Shown in pieces: positions 20,683 through 31,818 of a stretch of DNA of 64,000 nucleotides. Source of the stretch: Terriglobia bacterium (GTDB taxonomy: Bacteria > Acidobacteriota > Terriglobia > 2-12-FULL-54-10); the NCBI GenBank assembly GCA_963666975.2, contig CAXVYR010000002.1, positions 352,001-416,000 on the forward strand, given 5' to 3'. A model generated the notes under the pieces. The model made no database searches. It saw only the letters and a program-made list of their open reading frames with translations, and was not told the DNA's origin. The position numbers and the translations under genes are program-made. The first letter of the stretch is position 1. Every line of letters begins with the position of its first letter.

Positions 20683-22851
20683 GTGACCTTGACGCTGGGA
20701 AGTCAGAAAAAGTTCGATCTGGACGCCATGTTCAAGCCGCGTTCCATTGCCTTGATCGGTGTTTCCAGCAACTTCACCAAGCTCAGCGGCCGGCCGCTGC
20801 GGTTTCTCCAGGAGTACGGATATTCAGGGAAGATATACCCGGTCAATCCGAACTATAAAGAACTAGCCGGCCTCCAGTGCTACCCCAGCGTGACGGCCGT
20901 GCCCGGTGAGATTGATCTGGCGGTAATTTCCTTGCCTGCGGCTGCGGTTCCCGGGGTCGTCAAGGAGTGTGCCGCCAAAGGGGTAAAGGCGGTAACCGTC
21001 TTTACCGCCGGTTTCTCCGAAATGGACTCCGAAGGACAGCGGCTGCAGGAGGAAATGCGCCAGGCGGCGCTCGATGGAGGCGTGGCCTTGAGCGGCCCCA
21101 ACTGCGCCGGCCTGGTGAGCGTGCGGGAAAAGTCCATGGGCACGTTTATTACGGCCATGGACCGCGGGTCGCTTTTGGAAGGCCCCGTGAGCTTTGTCAC
21201 CCAAAGCGGGGCTCTCGGCACCTACATGTTTGCCGCGGCGCAGGACGCGGGCGTGGGCTTCAACTACTGGGTGAGCACGGGCAACGAAGCGGTGCTGGGG
21301 TTTGCCGACTTCGTTTCCTATTTCGTAAAACAACAGAGCACCCAGGCGATCATGGCCTACATGGAGGATGCACGGGATGGCGAGGCCTTCCAGGCTTGCG
21401 CCCTCGAAGCTCTGGATGCGGGCAAGCCGCTAATCATCCTCAAAGTGGGGGGGTCGGAGACAGGCGCCAAGGCAGCCACCTCCCATACCGGAGCTTTGGC
21501 GGGATCGGACAAGGTATACGATGCTGTATTTGAGCGGTGCGGCGTCATTAGGGCTTATGATGTGGAGGATCTGTATGACCTCGCCAACATCGCCATGGCC
21601 CAGCACTATCCAAAGGGCCCGGCGGTGGCGATGATGACGATCTCCGGGGGCGCAGGCATCCTCATGTGCGACCGCTGCGAGGAGGCGCGGCTGGAAGTAG
21701 CCAGCCTGGCTTCCGAGACGGTGGAGGAACTGCGCAAAGTTTTGCCGCCCTTCGCATCGGCTGTAAATCCCGTGGACGTCACTGCGGAACTGGTGGCCGT
21801 TCCCGGCCTGTTGAAGCGATCGATGGGGATCGTGCTTGCTGATCCAACGGTGGACAGCCTGGTCATCTTTCTCGGGCTACAACTGCACACCGGGACCGAT
21901 CTGGCGCGGGACATTGTGGAAGCTGCCACAGCAACGAAAAAAACGGTCGTGGTGAATTGGATTGCGCCTCCGGAAGATGCACGGGCCATCCTCAGAGAAA
22001 ACAATATCCCGATGTTTCCCGATCCGGCCAGAGGCATCCGGGCGCTCGGCGCGCTGGCGACCTACGCACAGCGGCGTCGCGGTTATCTCGAGCGGAAAAC
22101 CGCCCAGAAGCAAGCATACAAAGAATCCGCACAAGACAAGCAAAGACGGGAGAAAGCCAGGCAAGTCATTCAGGAAGCCCGCCTGCAAGGACGCCAGACC
22201 CTGGCTGAAGGGGAAGCCAAAGCCATCTTGGAACTATATGGCGTTCCAGTGCCGCAGCGGCAGATGGCCCAGAATCGAGCGGCTGCTGCACAAGCGGCTC
22301 AGGAACTGGGCTTTCCGGTGGTGATGAAGATCGCCTCGGCCGACATTACCCATAAAACCGAAGCCGGCGGCGTGCGCCTGGGAATTCAGGACGCGCAGCA
22401 GGCAGCTCAGGCTTACGAGGAGATCATTGCCAAAGCCAAAGCCTATCATCCGCAGGCCACGCTCGACGGGGTCCTCGTGGAGCAAACCGTCAGTGACGGG
22501 CTGCAGGTGATCGTAGGCTTCAAGCAAGACCCCCGGTTTGGGCCGGTGGTAACCTTTGGGTTGGGCGGCATATTCGTTGAACTGATCCGGGACATCACGC
22601 TGCGAGTGGTCCCGCTGTACGAACAAGAAGCGCTGGCCATGATCCGGGAAACCAAGGCCTATCCTCTCCTGACCGGCTATCGCGGCGAACAACCTCGGGA
22701 TATACGTGCCCTTTCCCAGGCCATATTAGCCGTGAGCCAGCTTGCCCAAGAATTCAAAAATGAGTTGGCCGAGCTGGATATTAATCCGCTTATAGTCTTG
22801 CCTGAGGGAAAGGGGGTCAAGGCTGTCGATGCGTTCATGGTGGTCAAATGA
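20683..22851 (+). CDS. Acyl-CoA synthetase (ADP-forming), fused alpha-beta, acetate--CoA ligase family
   Basis: PRSIALIGVS, GPNCAG, VTQSGALG, VSTGNEA, SHTGALAG (phospho-His), NPVDVT, ITHKTEAGGV and ELDINPL motifs; start approximate. Confidence 0.92.
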   Translation: MTLTLGSQKKFDLDAMFKPRSIALIGVSSNFTKLSGRPLRFLQEYGYSGKIYPVNPNYKELAGLQCYPSVTAVPGEIDLAVISLPAAAVPGVVKECAAKGVKAVTVFTAGFSEMDSEGQRLQEEMRQAALDGGVALSGPNCAGLVSVREKSMGTFITAMDRGSLLEGPVSFVTQSGALGTYMFAAAQDAGVGFNYWVSTGNEAVLGFADFVSYFVKQQSTQAIMAYMEDARDGEAFQACALEALDAGKPLIILKVGGSETGAKAATSHTGALAGSDKVYDAVFERCGVIRAYDVEDLYDLANIAMAQHYPKGPAVAMMTISGGAGILMCDRCEEARLEVASLASETVEELRKVLPPFASAVNPVDVTAELVAVPGLLKRSMGIVLADPTVDSLVIFLGLQLHTGTDLARDIVEAATATKKTVVVNWIAPPEDARAILRENNIPMFPDPARGIRALGALATYAQRRRGYLERKTAQKQAYKESAQDKQRREKARQVIQEARLQGRQTLAEGEAKAILELYGVPVPQRQMAQNRAAAAQAAQELGFPVVMKIASADITHKTEAGGVRLGIQDAQQAAQAYEEIIAKAKAYHPQATLDGVLVEQTVSDGLQVIVGFKQDPRFGPVVTFGLGGIFVELIRDITLRVVPLYEQEALAMIRETKAYPLLTGYRGEQPRDIRALSQAILAVSQLAQEFKNELAELDINPLIVLPEGKGVKAVDAFMVVK

Positions 22852-23108
22852 ACACTTCGTGCTCGATCCAAACAGATATGTTTCACTCTCCCCTGGGTCC
22901 ACCGCAAGCCTCAGCCTCTTCCAAACAATTCATCCATAATACCTTAAGCCACGGCGCTCTCCGCTTACAGAAGCCCGGACCGGCAAGTCTGCTGGACAGC
23001 CAAAAACATATCCAAGTCAACAATTCTCCTATATAACTGCTAATCATCCCGCCCGCATCTGCCGATGAACTATATGGTGGTATTGCACAACGTGATATTG
23101 CACTAACT

Positions 23109-24365
23109 ATGCGAAGAATCCTATTTGTAGATGACAAACCGAAGACCTTGGAAGAACTGAAGGTCGTCATGCGCCCGCAACAGGAGCAGTGGGAAATGGC
23201 CTTTGTTGCCGGCAGTGAGGCTGCTCTGGCCATGCTGGAAGCCACGCCTTTCGACGTGATCGTTACGGACCCCAGGCTGGCAGGGGTCAAAAAAACCAGC
23301 CTGCTGAACTTCGTTAAGGACCGGTTTCCCGGAGTGGTCCGCATCGGGCTTTTGGATCAAGGCGATGCCGCATTGCAGGAAGCTCCCATAGCCCATCAAT
23401 TCCTCACCAAGCCCTGCGAACCTTCCGAACTGAGGGTGGCGGTGGAGCGGTCCTGCAAGCTGCGGGATCTGCTGAATGACGAGTTCATTAGCCGCGCCGT
23501 GGGCTCGATGTCCGATCTTCCTTCGCTTCCCAAGGTCTATGAAGAACTCACCAGCGCCTTGAGAAATCCCAACATCTCGCTGAATAAAATTGCCAAAATT
23601 GTGGAGCAGGACGTGGGCATATCGGCCAAGTTGCTGCAACTGGCAAACTCCGCTCTGTTCGGGACCGTGCGGGACATGAACACGGTTCACATGGCGGTCA
23701 GCTACATGGGCCTGGATGTGATCCAGCACATGGTGCTTTCCCTGGAAGTTTTCCGAAGCTTCGAGGGACTCGGAAAAATCGAAGGCTTTTCTCTGGAAGC
23801 AACGCAAGAGCACGCTCAGCTCACCGCCAAAATCACCGCGCGCCTTCTCCCGGCCAAGTACATGGCGGATACGGCGATTGTGGCCGCTCTGCTGCATGAT
23901 GTGGGCAAGCTGGTATTGGTCTCGAAAATGCCCGGCCGTTTCAAGCGGTGCCTGGAAACTTCGCGGGAACAAAACCGTCCCTTGTACCAAGTGGAAGAAG
24001 AGCTGGGCGGGATTACCCACGCGGAGATCGGAGCCTATCTGCTGGGCTTGTGGGGGCTGCCGTATTCGGTCGCCGAAGCCGTGGCGCACCATCACAAGCC
24101 GACGCGCGTGCCGCATCAGAATTTTGACGCGGTGGGAGCGGTTTACGTAGCCAACCTGCTCGCCCATGCTCATGCCCCCGAGGCAAAGACTTCCTGGGAT
24201 GTGGAGGATCCCATCGATGTGGAATACCTTCAGGCCGTCGGCGTAGCGGACCAACTCGAAGGATGGCAGGCGATGGCCAAACAAATGGCGATGCCCCAAC
24301 AGAACGAAAACGAACAGCAGGAAGCGGACGGAGAAAAGCGTGTCCTCAAGCACACTGGCGGATAG
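23109..24365 (+). CDS. Receiver + HDOD domain signalling protein
   Basis: ILFVDD...FDVIVTD receiver; LPSLP...AKLLQLANSALFG...ALLHDVGKLVL...HAEIGAYLLGLWGLP HDOD domain. Confidence 0.9.
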   Translation: MRRILFVDDKPKTLEELKVVMRPQQEQWEMAFVAGSEAALAMLEATPFDVIVTDPRLAGVKKTSLLNFVKDRFPGVVRIGLLDQGDAALQEAPIAHQFLTKPCEPSELRVAVERSCKLRDLLNDEFISRAVGSMSDLPSLPKVYEELTSALRNPNISLNKIAKIVEQDVGISAKLLQLANSALFGTVRDMNTVHMAVSYMGLDVIQHMVLSLEVFRSFEGLGKIEGFSLEATQEHAQLTAKITARLLPAKYMADTAIVAALLHDVGKLVLVSKMPGRFKRCLETSREQNRPLYQVEEELGGITHAEIGAYLLGLWGLPYSVAEAVAHHHKPTRVPHQNFDAVGAVYVANLLAHAHAPEAKTSWDVEDPIDVEYLQAVGVADQLEGWQAMAKQMAMPQQNENEQQEADGEKRVLKHTGG

Positions 24366-24774
24366 CGGCAACAAAGTCGAAATTTCTCGCCTGCGCGCTT
24401 TTGAACTGTTCGAGGGGCTGGACGAGAAACAACTCGGCGATCTTGCCCAAAACTTTGTTCAAACCACAGCCCCAGCCGGTGCCGTCATTATTCAGCAGGG
24501 GCAAGTAGGCAAGGAAGTTTACTTGCTGGAAGAAGGGTCCGTGCGCGTCTATCGCGGGGAAAGCGACACGGAGGGATTCCTCACCGACCTCCAGGCTCCC
24601 ACGCTTTTAGGAGAGTCGGCACTGCTCGACCCGGAGCGCATCCGCACGGCCAGCGTGAAGGCATTGAGCGACGTCCGTATGTTAACCATCCAGCTCAGCC
24701 CTTTTCTTTCCATTCTGCTGAGCTTCCCATCGGTGAAGGAAAACTTGCGGCAGATGATCGCCTCGCGGCGCTAA
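24340..24774 (+). CDS. Cyclic nucleotide-binding domain protein
   Basis: IIQQGQVGKEVYLLEEGSVRV...LLGESALL...RTASVKA. Confidence 0.85.
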   Translation: MSSSTLADSGNKVEISRLRAFELFEGLDEKQLGDLAQNFVQTTAPAGAVIIQQGQVGKEVYLLEEGSVRVYRGESDTEGFLTDLQAPTLLGESALLDPERIRTASVKALSDVRMLTIQLSPFLSILLSFPSVKENLRQMIASRR

Positions 24775-24956
24775 ACCCGCGGCGCTAAACCAGCGATAGC
24801 AATTTCCAGCCCGGCATGCTCCCGCCCGTCACAATTCAGATCATTCGCAGACACCGCGACCGCACATTGCCTTTATTTTACAAAGTGCCGTCTTGCAAAA
24901 TGGCATTTTACAAAATCGCCTGAATGGAAAGCTTGTTTTGAGGAACTCCAGCGGCG

Positions 24957-25027
24957 CCCTACGGAAGCGGGGCCGGGAGGTTGGAGCGAGCTTCGTCGAT
25001 GGCCCAGACGATAAGCGATTGACCGCC
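24957..25027 (-). pseudogene. Displaced, internally deleted copy of the gltD 3' end
   Basis: Translates [22 protein letters not shown] versus Glt[16 protein letters not shown][13 aa]NLPAPLP*. 24957-24985 is identical to 25609-25637. Confidence 0.85.
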
Positions 25028-25070
25028 CCCATGCTACAATCAACCCAACCTGAAGCGAGAGGGACCGTGA

Positions 25071-25368
25071 ATGCCCACCAAGGAAAAGCGCGCGGCGCGC
25101 CGGCAAAGAAAAACGGTAGAGATCGATGAGGTAGCCATCCGCCTTCACATTAAAGCGCTGAAGGGAGGCGGGTATCTGGCAACCAGTCCTGACGTGCCTG
25201 GTCTGGTTGCAGAAGGGCACAGCGTAACGGAGGCTGCCGGAGATTGCTCAGGGGCTAACCCGGAAGATCGTTGAATCGTGCATGGAGCACGGAGACCCTC
25301 TTCCTCCCGCGCTAGCCAAGCTCACGCTAGGTCCGCTGGAGCTCCGAGTGCCGGTAGCAATCCGCTGA
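25071..25368 (+). pseudogene. hicB: HicB-family antitoxin, frameshift near 25240
   Basis: GGYLATSPDVPGLVAEGHSVTEAA continues in another frame as EIAQGLTRKIVESCMEHGDPLPPAL; TGATG overlap with hicA. Confidence 0.8.
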
Positions 25369-25591
25369 TGGGACGCCTGGCTGGTTTCGCCTATCGCGAG
25401 GTTGTGAGGCGTCTGCGAACGTTTGGTTTCTCTTCGACTGGCAGGGTCCTGGAAGCCACGAGATCTGGCGTCATTTCTCTACTGGCCGCAAAGTTACAAT
25501 TCCCCATCATCCGCGCGACATGCCAGAAGGTACCCTGCGCGCCGTCCTCCGCGAAGCGGGGATTGCTGTGAACGAGTTTTTGAAGGCATGA
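25368..25591 (+). pseudogene. hicA: HicA-family toxin, frameshift near 25431
   Basis: MGRLAGFAYREVVRRLRTFGF / FDWQGPGSHEIWRH...TIPHHPRDMPEGTLRAVLREAGI (GSH motif). Confidence 0.8.
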
Positions 25592-25610
25592 GCCGCAAGC
25601 GTTCCGCTCC

Positions 25611-27062
25611 CTACGGAAGCGGGGCCGGGAGGTTGGATGTGCCCATCAGGAAGAGGTCCATTCCACGGGCGGCGGAGCGCCCTTCTGCAATGGCCCAGAC
25701 AATTAATGACTGGCCGCGCTGCATATCGCCTGCCGTAAAAACGCCCGGAACATTGGTCATCCAGTTTTTGTCCCTCGAAACGTTCCCGCGGTCTGTGAGC
25801 TTTACGCCCAGCTCATCGAGCATCCCGTTTCTTTCCGGACCGAGGAAGCCCATGGCCAGCAGCACCATGTCCACGTCCATTTCCGTCTCCGATCCCGGCG
25901 CCTCAGGAAACGACATACGCCCCTGCGGGTCTATTACCATCTCGACCCGGACGGCATGAAGTTTTTTCACACGGCCGTTCTCGCCGGTGAAGCGTTTTGT
26001 GGAGATGGAGAACTCCCGGAGCCCGCCCTCTTCGTGAGCCGAGGAAGTTCGGAAAATGTTCGGCCACAGCGGCCACGGGTTGCTGCCGGAATCCCGGGAA
26101 TCGGGAGGCCGCGGGAGCAGCTCGAACTGGTGGACCGAAAGCGCCCCTTGCCGGTGGACGGTGCCGAGACAGTCGGCCCCGGTATCGCCTCCGCCGATGA
26201 TGACCACTCGCTTCCCTTGAGCCGTGAGGAACTCCTCATCGGAAATCCGGTCGCCTTCGCATCGCTTGTTCTGGAGGGTGAGGTAGTCCATGGCAAAGTG
26301 GATGCCTTGCAGCTCGCGGCCCGGGATGGGAAGGTCCCGGGGCCAGCGAGATCCGCCCGCCAGCAGGAGGGCATCGAATCCCTCCTGGAGATCTTTGGCA
26401 GGAACATGGCCGCCGATGTCGCAATTGGTTTGGAAGACGATGCCGCTCTCCTCCAATAGACGAATTCGCCGCTCCAAAAAATGCTTCTCCATCTTGAACT
26501 CGGGGATGCCGTAACGGAGGAGCCCTCCGATCCGGTCCGCGCGCTCGAAAACCGTCACCCGATGGCCCGCCCGGTTCAACTGCTCCGCCGCCGCCAGGCC
26601 CGCAGGCCCGGAACCGACCACGGCAACCTTCTTGCCGGTGCGAACGGCGGGCACGGCCGCCTGCACCCATCCCTCATGGAACGCGCGGTCGATGATGGAG
26701 ACCTCGATCTGCTTGATCGTCACCGGGTCATCGTTGATGCCGAGCACGCAAGAGCCTTCGCACGGGGCCGGGCAAAGCCGCCCGGTAAACTCCGGAAAGT
26801 TGTTGGTGGCGTGAAGACGGGCGATGGCTTCCTGCCAGCGCTCCCGGTAAATCAGGTCGTTCCAGTCCGGGATGAGGTTGCCGAGTGGGCAACCCTGATG
26901 GCAGAAGGGAATGCCGCAGTCCATGCAGCGCGCAGCCTGCTTCCGGAGCTTGCCGTTCTCAAAAGGGAGGTAGACCTCCTGCCAGTCGCGAATTCGCCCA
27001 TCCACGGGACGGCGGCTGGGGGTCTCTCGGGGAAATTCAATAAAGCCGGTTGGTTTAGCCAT
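25611..27062 (-). CDS. gltD: Glutamate synthase small subunit
   Basis: [43 protein letters not shown] and GGGDTGADC motifs. Confidence 0.97.
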   Translation of the reverse strand: MAKPTGFIEFPRETPSRRPVDGRIRDWQEVYLPFENGKLRKQAARCMDCGIPFCHQGCPLGNLIPDWNDLIYRERWQEAIARLHATNNFPEFTGRLCPAPCEGSCVLGINDDPVTIKQIEVSIIDRAFHEGWVQAAVPAVRTGKKVAVVGSGPAGLAAAEQLNRAGHRVTVFERADRIGGLLRYGIPEFKMEKHFLERRIRLLEESGIVFQTNCDIGGHVPAKDLQEGFDALLLAGGSRWPRDLPIPGRELQGIHFAMDYLTLQNKRCEGDRISDEEFLTAQGKRVVIIGGGDTGADCLGTVHRQGALSVHQFELLPRPPDSRDSGSNPWPLWPNIFRTSSAHEEGGLREFSISTKRFTGENGRVKKLHAVRVEMVIDPQGRMSFPEAPGSETEMDVDMVLLAMGFLGPERNGMLDELGVKLTDRGNVSRDKNWMTNVPGVFTAGDMQRGQSLIVWAIAEGRSAARGMDLFLMGTSNLPAPLP

Positions 27063-30000
27063 GGGCGCCTTCCATTACAGCTTCCTCCCATGGCACGCCC
27101 ATCTCATGGGATTTTTTCATGGCAAGCATGGCCCGTTTGTAATCTCGCGGCATGACCTTCACAAACCGAGGCTGTGTCTCCTCCCAATGGAGCAGCACTT
27201 GCTCGCCCACCGCGCTCTGCGTGTAGCGGATGTGCCGCGTGATGAGGTCTTTTACTTCCTCGATGTCTTCGGCCTCGGCCAGTGGCTCCAGGTCCACCAT
27301 TCCCAAATTGCAGTGGTTCGGGAAATCCCCCGCCTCGTCCAGCACATAGGCGACGCCGCCCGACATGCCGGCGGCGAAATTCCTTCCCGTCTTCCCCAGG
27401 ACAACGACTTTCCCTCCCGTCATGTACTCGCAGCCGTGGTCGCCGACGCCTTCCACCACAGTGCCGGCCCCGCTGTTGCGGACGGCGAACCGCTCGCCGG
27501 CCACGCCCCGGAAGTAGGCTTCCCCGCTGGTGGCTCCGTAGAGCACCACGTTGCCGATGAGGATGTTCTGCTCGGGCACGAAGGTAGCCTGCCGCGGCGG
27601 GAACACGACGATCTTGCCCCCGGAGAGTCCCTTGCCGAGATAGTCGTTGGAATCCCCCTCCAGCGTGAGCGTAATCCCCTTGGGAATAAAAGCGCCGAAG
27701 CTCTGCCCCGCCGAGCCGGTGAAGTAGAGTTGGATGGTATCCTCGGGAAGACCCTCGGCTCCGTGCCGCTTCGTTAGCTCGTAGCCCAGTATTGTGCCGA
27801 CCGTGCGGTTCACATTCCGGATCGGGAGGCTGTGTTCCACGGGGACCTTGCCTTCCAGAGCTTCCCGGCACAACGGCACGAGCGTGGTTCTGTCGAGCGA
27901 GCGCTCCAGGCCATGGTCCTGCTCGCGCACTTTGTGGATCGCCACTTCCGGGCCCATCTCGGGCCGGTAAAGAATATTCGAAAAGTCCAGTCCGCACGCC
28001 TTCCAGTGATCCACCGCTTTCCGGGCATCGAGCCGGTCGGAGCGCCCGATCATGTCGTCCATGGCGCGGAAGCCGAGCTTCGCCATATACTCCCGCACCT
28101 CTTCGGCCAGGAAGCGGAAGAATACCTCGACGAACTCGGGCTTTCCGGCAAACTCTTTCCTCAGTTCCGGGTCCTGCGTGGCGATCCCGACCGGGCAAGT
28201 GTTCAGGTGGCATACGCGCATCATGATGCATCCCACCACCACCAGCGGCGCGGTCGAGAAACCGTACTCCTCGGCCCCCAGCAGCGCGGCGATGACCACA
28301 TCCCGCCCGGTTTTCATCTGCCCGTCGGTTTGGACCACGATCCTGTCGCGCAGTTTGTTGAGAACCAGGACCTGCTGCGTCTCGGCGAGGCCGAGCTCCC
28401 ACGGCACCCCGCCGTGTTTGATGCTGGTGAGGGGCGAGGCTCCGGTTCCTCCGTCGAATCCGGAGATCAACACCACGTCGGAATGGGCCTTCGCAACCCC
28501 GGCAGCGACGGTTCCCACGCCGATCTCGGCCACCAGCTTCACGTGAATGCGAGCCTTCGGGTTGGCGTTCTTGAGATCGTGGATCAACTGCGCCAAGTCC
28601 TCAATCGAATAGATATCGTGGTGAGGCGGCGGGGAGATCAGCCCGACGCCCGGAGTCGAGTAGCGAACCTTGGCGATCCATGGATAGACTTTTTGTCCCG
28701 GAAGCTGGCCGCCCTCGCCGGGCTTAGCTCCCTGCGCCATTTTGATCTGCAAGTCATCGGAGTTTACCAAGTATTCGCTGGTCACCCCGAATCGTCCGGA
28801 GGCCACTTGTTTGATGGAGCTGCGCCGGGAGTCGCCGTTCGGGTCCGGAATGTAGCGCGCCGGGTCCTCTCCCCCTTCGCCGGTGTTGGACTTCCCTCCC
28901 AGCCGGTTCATGGCAATCGCCAGCGTCTCATGAGCCTCCTGGCTGATGGAGCCGTAGGACATGGCTCCGGTCGCAAACCGCTTCAGGATCGACTCGGCCG
29001 ATTCCACCTCTTCGAGCGGAATCGGCTTCGGGGCCCATTTGAACTCGAACAGACCCCGCAAGGTAGCCATGTTCGTGCTCTGGTCGTCCACCAAGTTCGT
29101 ATATTCCTTGAATATCTTGTACTGGCCGGAGTGCGTGGCATGCTGGAGCTTGAAGACGGTATCCGGATTGAACAGGTGGTATTCCCCGTCTCTCCGCCAC
29201 TGGTATTCGCCGCCCCATTCGAGATCGGGCTGCCCCACAGGGCGTTCCGGGTAGGCTTTTTGGTGGCGCAGGAGCGCTTCTTTTGCAACCACATCGATTC
29301 CCACGCCTTCAATGCGCGAGGCGGTCCAGGTGAAATAGCGGTCCACGAATTTCTTGTTGAGCCCGATGGCCTCAAAGATCTGTGCTCCGCAGTAGGACTG
29401 GATTGTGGAGATGCCCATTTTGGAGAGGACCTTGAGGATTCCCTTGTTGAGGGCCTTAATGTAGTCGCGGACGGCTGCCTCGTGGTCCATCCCTGACAGA
29501 CTCCCCTGGCGCAGCATGTCGTCGAGGGTCTCAAAAGCCAGGTACGGGTTGACGGCGCTCGCCCCGTAACCGATCAGCAGCGCCACGTGATGCACTTCGC
29601 GGGCTTCGCCGGTCTCCACCAGCAAACCTGCTTTCGTCCGCGTTCCTTCCCGCACCAAGTGGTGGTGCACGCCGGAGGTTGCCAGCAGCGCCGGGATGGG
29701 AACCATGCGCGCGTCCACGCCACGGTCCGAGAGGATCAGGATGGTGGCGCCGCCGGTGACCGCCTCGCCGGCCTTTCGGCTCAGCTCTTCCATGGCGGCT
29801 GCCAGCCCCTCGGCCCCTTCCGTTACGGGAAACAGCGCGGGGAGCGTGACGCTTTTTAATCCCGGACGGTCCGCGTGGAGGATTTTGGCCAGCTCGTCGT
29901 TGTCGAGAACCGGCCCCGGAAGCTTGATCTGGCGGCAGCTCTCGGGCTCCGGTTTCAGAAGATTGCGCTCCGGCCCGGCAGGAATGGACAACTGGGTAAT

Positions 30001-31617
30001 CAATTCCTCGCGAATCTGATCCAGAGGCGGGTTGGTCACCTGCGCGAAGAGTTGCTTGAAGTAATCATAGAGCAGGCGCGGACGGTTGGAGAGAACAGCC
30101 AGGGCGGTGTCTGTGCCCATCGAGCCCACCGGTTCTTCCTTCCTCTCGGCCATGGGTCCGAGAAGGATTCGGAGGTCTTCGTGCGTGTAGCCAAAAGCCT
30201 GCTGCCGCTGGAGCACGGTGGCGTGGTCCGGCTCGGGCACGTGGGAAGCTTCGGGAAGATTTTCCAGAGCGACCAGGTGTTTGCGCAGCCACTCTCCGTA
30301 GGGATGCTCGGAGGCGAAACGATGTTTGATCTCCTCGTCGTCCACAATGCGTCCCTCGGCCGTATCCACCAGGAACATGCGTCCGGGGTGGAGGCGTTCC
30401 TTAAGCAGGATATTTTCCGGCGGAATGTCCAGGACCCCGACCTCGGATGCCATCACCACCAGCCCGTCCTTGGTCACCCAGTAGCGGGAGGGCCGGAGGC
30501 CGTTGCGGTCCAGCACCGCTCCGATGACCGTGCCGTCGGTGAAGGCGATGGAAGCAGGGCCATCCCACGGCTCCATCAAACAGCCGTGGTACTCGTAGAA
30601 CGCCTTCTTTTCCTCGCTCATGGATTCGTGTCCGCTCCACGGCTCGGGAATCATCATCATGACCGCATGGGGGAGCGGGCGTCCCGCCATCACTAAAAAC
30701 TCCAGAACGTTGTCGAAGGTGGCCGAGTCGCTGCCGCCCTCGAGCACAATCGGGAGAATTTTTTTCAGCTCGGGCAGCCGGTCGGAGGCGCAAAGCGCCT
30801 CGCGGGCGTGCATCCGGTTGATATTGCCTCGCAGGGTGTTGATCTCGCCGTTGTGGGCCAGATAGCGGTACGGGTGGGCCAGCGGCCAGGACGGGAACGT
30901 GTTGGTGGAAAAACGCTGGTGAACCAGCATCAGAGCCGAGGCGAAGTCGGGCTCCACGATGTCGGGAAACATGGGCTCCATCTGGTTGGCCGAGAGCATT
31001 CCCTTGTAGATCATCGTCCGCGCCGAGAGGCTGGGAAGGTAGAACAGCTCGCGCTGCGGAATCCCGGAGTTCCGTATGGCGTGCTCCACGCGCTTGCGGA
31101 TCACGTAGAGCTTCCGCTCGAAGCTCTCCAGGTCCGGGACCTGTTTCGAGCGGCCGATAAAAACCTGCCGGATATGCGGTTCAGAGGCGCGGGCCGAAGG
31201 ACCGATGGGCGAATCGTCGGTCGGCACGTCCCGCCAGCCGAGCAGCGTCTGCCCCTCCTCGCCGATGATTTGCTCGAAAGTCTCCTGGCAGCGGGCGCGC
31301 TCTCCGGAGTCCTGGGGAAGAAAGACCAGTCCGGCGCCGTATTCCCCCTCGTTAGGAAGCGCAATGCCGGCCGTGCCGGTGACCCGCTTCAGGAAGACGT
31401 GGGGTATCTGAAGAAGAATTCCCGCGCCATCGCCGGTGTTGACCTCGCAGCCGCACGCGCCGCGATGCATCAGGTTTTTGAGCACCGTCAGCGCCTGCTC
31501 CACCAGCGCGTGCGACTTGCGCCCTTGAATGTCCACCACAAAGCCCACCCCGCAGGCATCGTGCTCGTGCCGGGGGTCATACAGCCCTTGTGCCGGTGGA
31601 AGCCCCAACCGGTTCAT
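27055..31617 (-). CDS. gltB: Glutamate synthase large subunit
   Basis: [36 protein letters not shown] and [15 protein letters not shown] motifs. Confidence 0.98.
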   Translation of the reverse strand: MNRLGLPPAQGLYDPRHEHDACGVGFVVDIQGRKSHALVEQALTVLKNLMHRGACGCEVNTGDGAGILLQIPHVFLKRVTGTAGIALPNEGEYGAGLVFLPQDSGERARCQETFEQIIGEEGQTLLGWRDVPTDDSPIGPSARASEPHIRQVFIGRSKQVPDLESFERKLYVIRKRVEHAIRNSGIPQRELFYLPSLSARTMIYKGMLSANQMEPMFPDIVEPDFASALMLVHQRFSTNTFPSWPLAHPYRYLAHNGEINTLRGNINRMHAREALCASDRLPELKKILPIVLEGGSDSATFDNVLEFLVMAGRPLPHAVMMMIPEPWSGHESMSEEKKAFYEYHGCLMEPWDGPASIAFTDGTVIGAVLDRNGLRPSRYWVTKDGLVVMASEVGVLDIPPENILLKERLHPGRMFLVDTAEGRIVDDEEIKHRFASEHPYGEWLRKHLVALENLPEASHVPEPDHATVLQRQQAFGYTHEDLRILLGPMAERKEEPVGSMGTDTALAVLSNRPRLLYDYFKQLFAQVTNPPLDQIREELITQLSIPAGPERNLLKPEPESCRQIKLPGPVLDNDELAKILHADRPGLKSVTLPALFPVTEGAEGLAAAMEELSRKAGEAVTGGATILILSDRGVDARMVPIPALLATSGVHHHLVREGTRTKAGLLVETGEAREVHHVALLIGYGASAVNPYLAFETLDDMLRQGSLSGMDHEAAVRDYIKALNKGILKVLSKMGISTIQSYCGAQIFEAIGLNKKFVDRYFTWTASRIEGVGIDVVAKEALLRHQKAYPERPVGQPDLEWGGEYQWRRDGEYHLFNPDTVFKLQHATHSGQYKIFKEYTNLVDDQSTNMATLRGLFEFKWAPKPIPLEEVESAESILKRFATGAMSYGSISQEAHETLAIAMNRLGGKSNTGEGGEDPARYIPDPNGDSRRSSIKQVASGRFGVTSEYLVNSDDLQIKMAQGAKPGEGGQLPGQKVYPWIAKVRYSTPGVGLISPPPHHDIYSIEDLAQLIHDLKNANPKARIHVKLVAEIGVGTVAAGVAKAHSDVVLISGFDGGTGASPLTSIKHGGVPWELGLAETQQVLVLNKLRDRIVVQTDGQMKTGRDVVIAALLGAEEYGFSTAPLVVVGCIMMRVCHLNTCPVGIATQDPELRKEFAGKPEFVEVFFRFLAEEVREYMAKLGFRAMDDMIGRSDRLDARKAVDHWKACGLDFSNILYRPEMGPEVAIHKVREQDHGLERSLDRTTLVPLCREALEGKVPVEHSLPIRNVNRTVGTILGYELTKRHGAEGLPEDTIQLYFTGSAGQSFGAFIPKGITLTLEGDSNDYLGKGLSGGKIVVFPPRQATFVPEQNILIGNVVLYGATSGEAYFRGVAGERFAVRNSGAGTVVEGVGDHGCEYMTGGKVVVLGKTGRNFAAGMSGGVAYVLDEAGDFPNHCNLGMVDLEPLAEAEDIEEVKDLITRHIRYTQSAVGEQVLLHWEETQPRFVKVMPRDYKRAMLAMKKSHEMGVPWEEAVMEGAHG

Positions 31618-31818
31618 CGTTCGTCCTCCGTCCTCCGTCCTCCGTCTTTCTGTTGCTGTTACCTGTGCGATGCCATCAAACGCGGCTTGCGTTCTCCGCA
31701 CGGCACAAACTGCGCAATCGGGTTAGGGTACACGAAGTTAACCCATAACCCAAGGCGAAAATGAAAATTCTTTACATTAGTTTTACTTATATTATAAACC
31801 GTGCTATAAAAGAGTGCC

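Noticed and set aside
27104-31764. Many long ORFs overlapping gltB
   Set aside because: Shadow ORFs typical of high-GC coding DNA.
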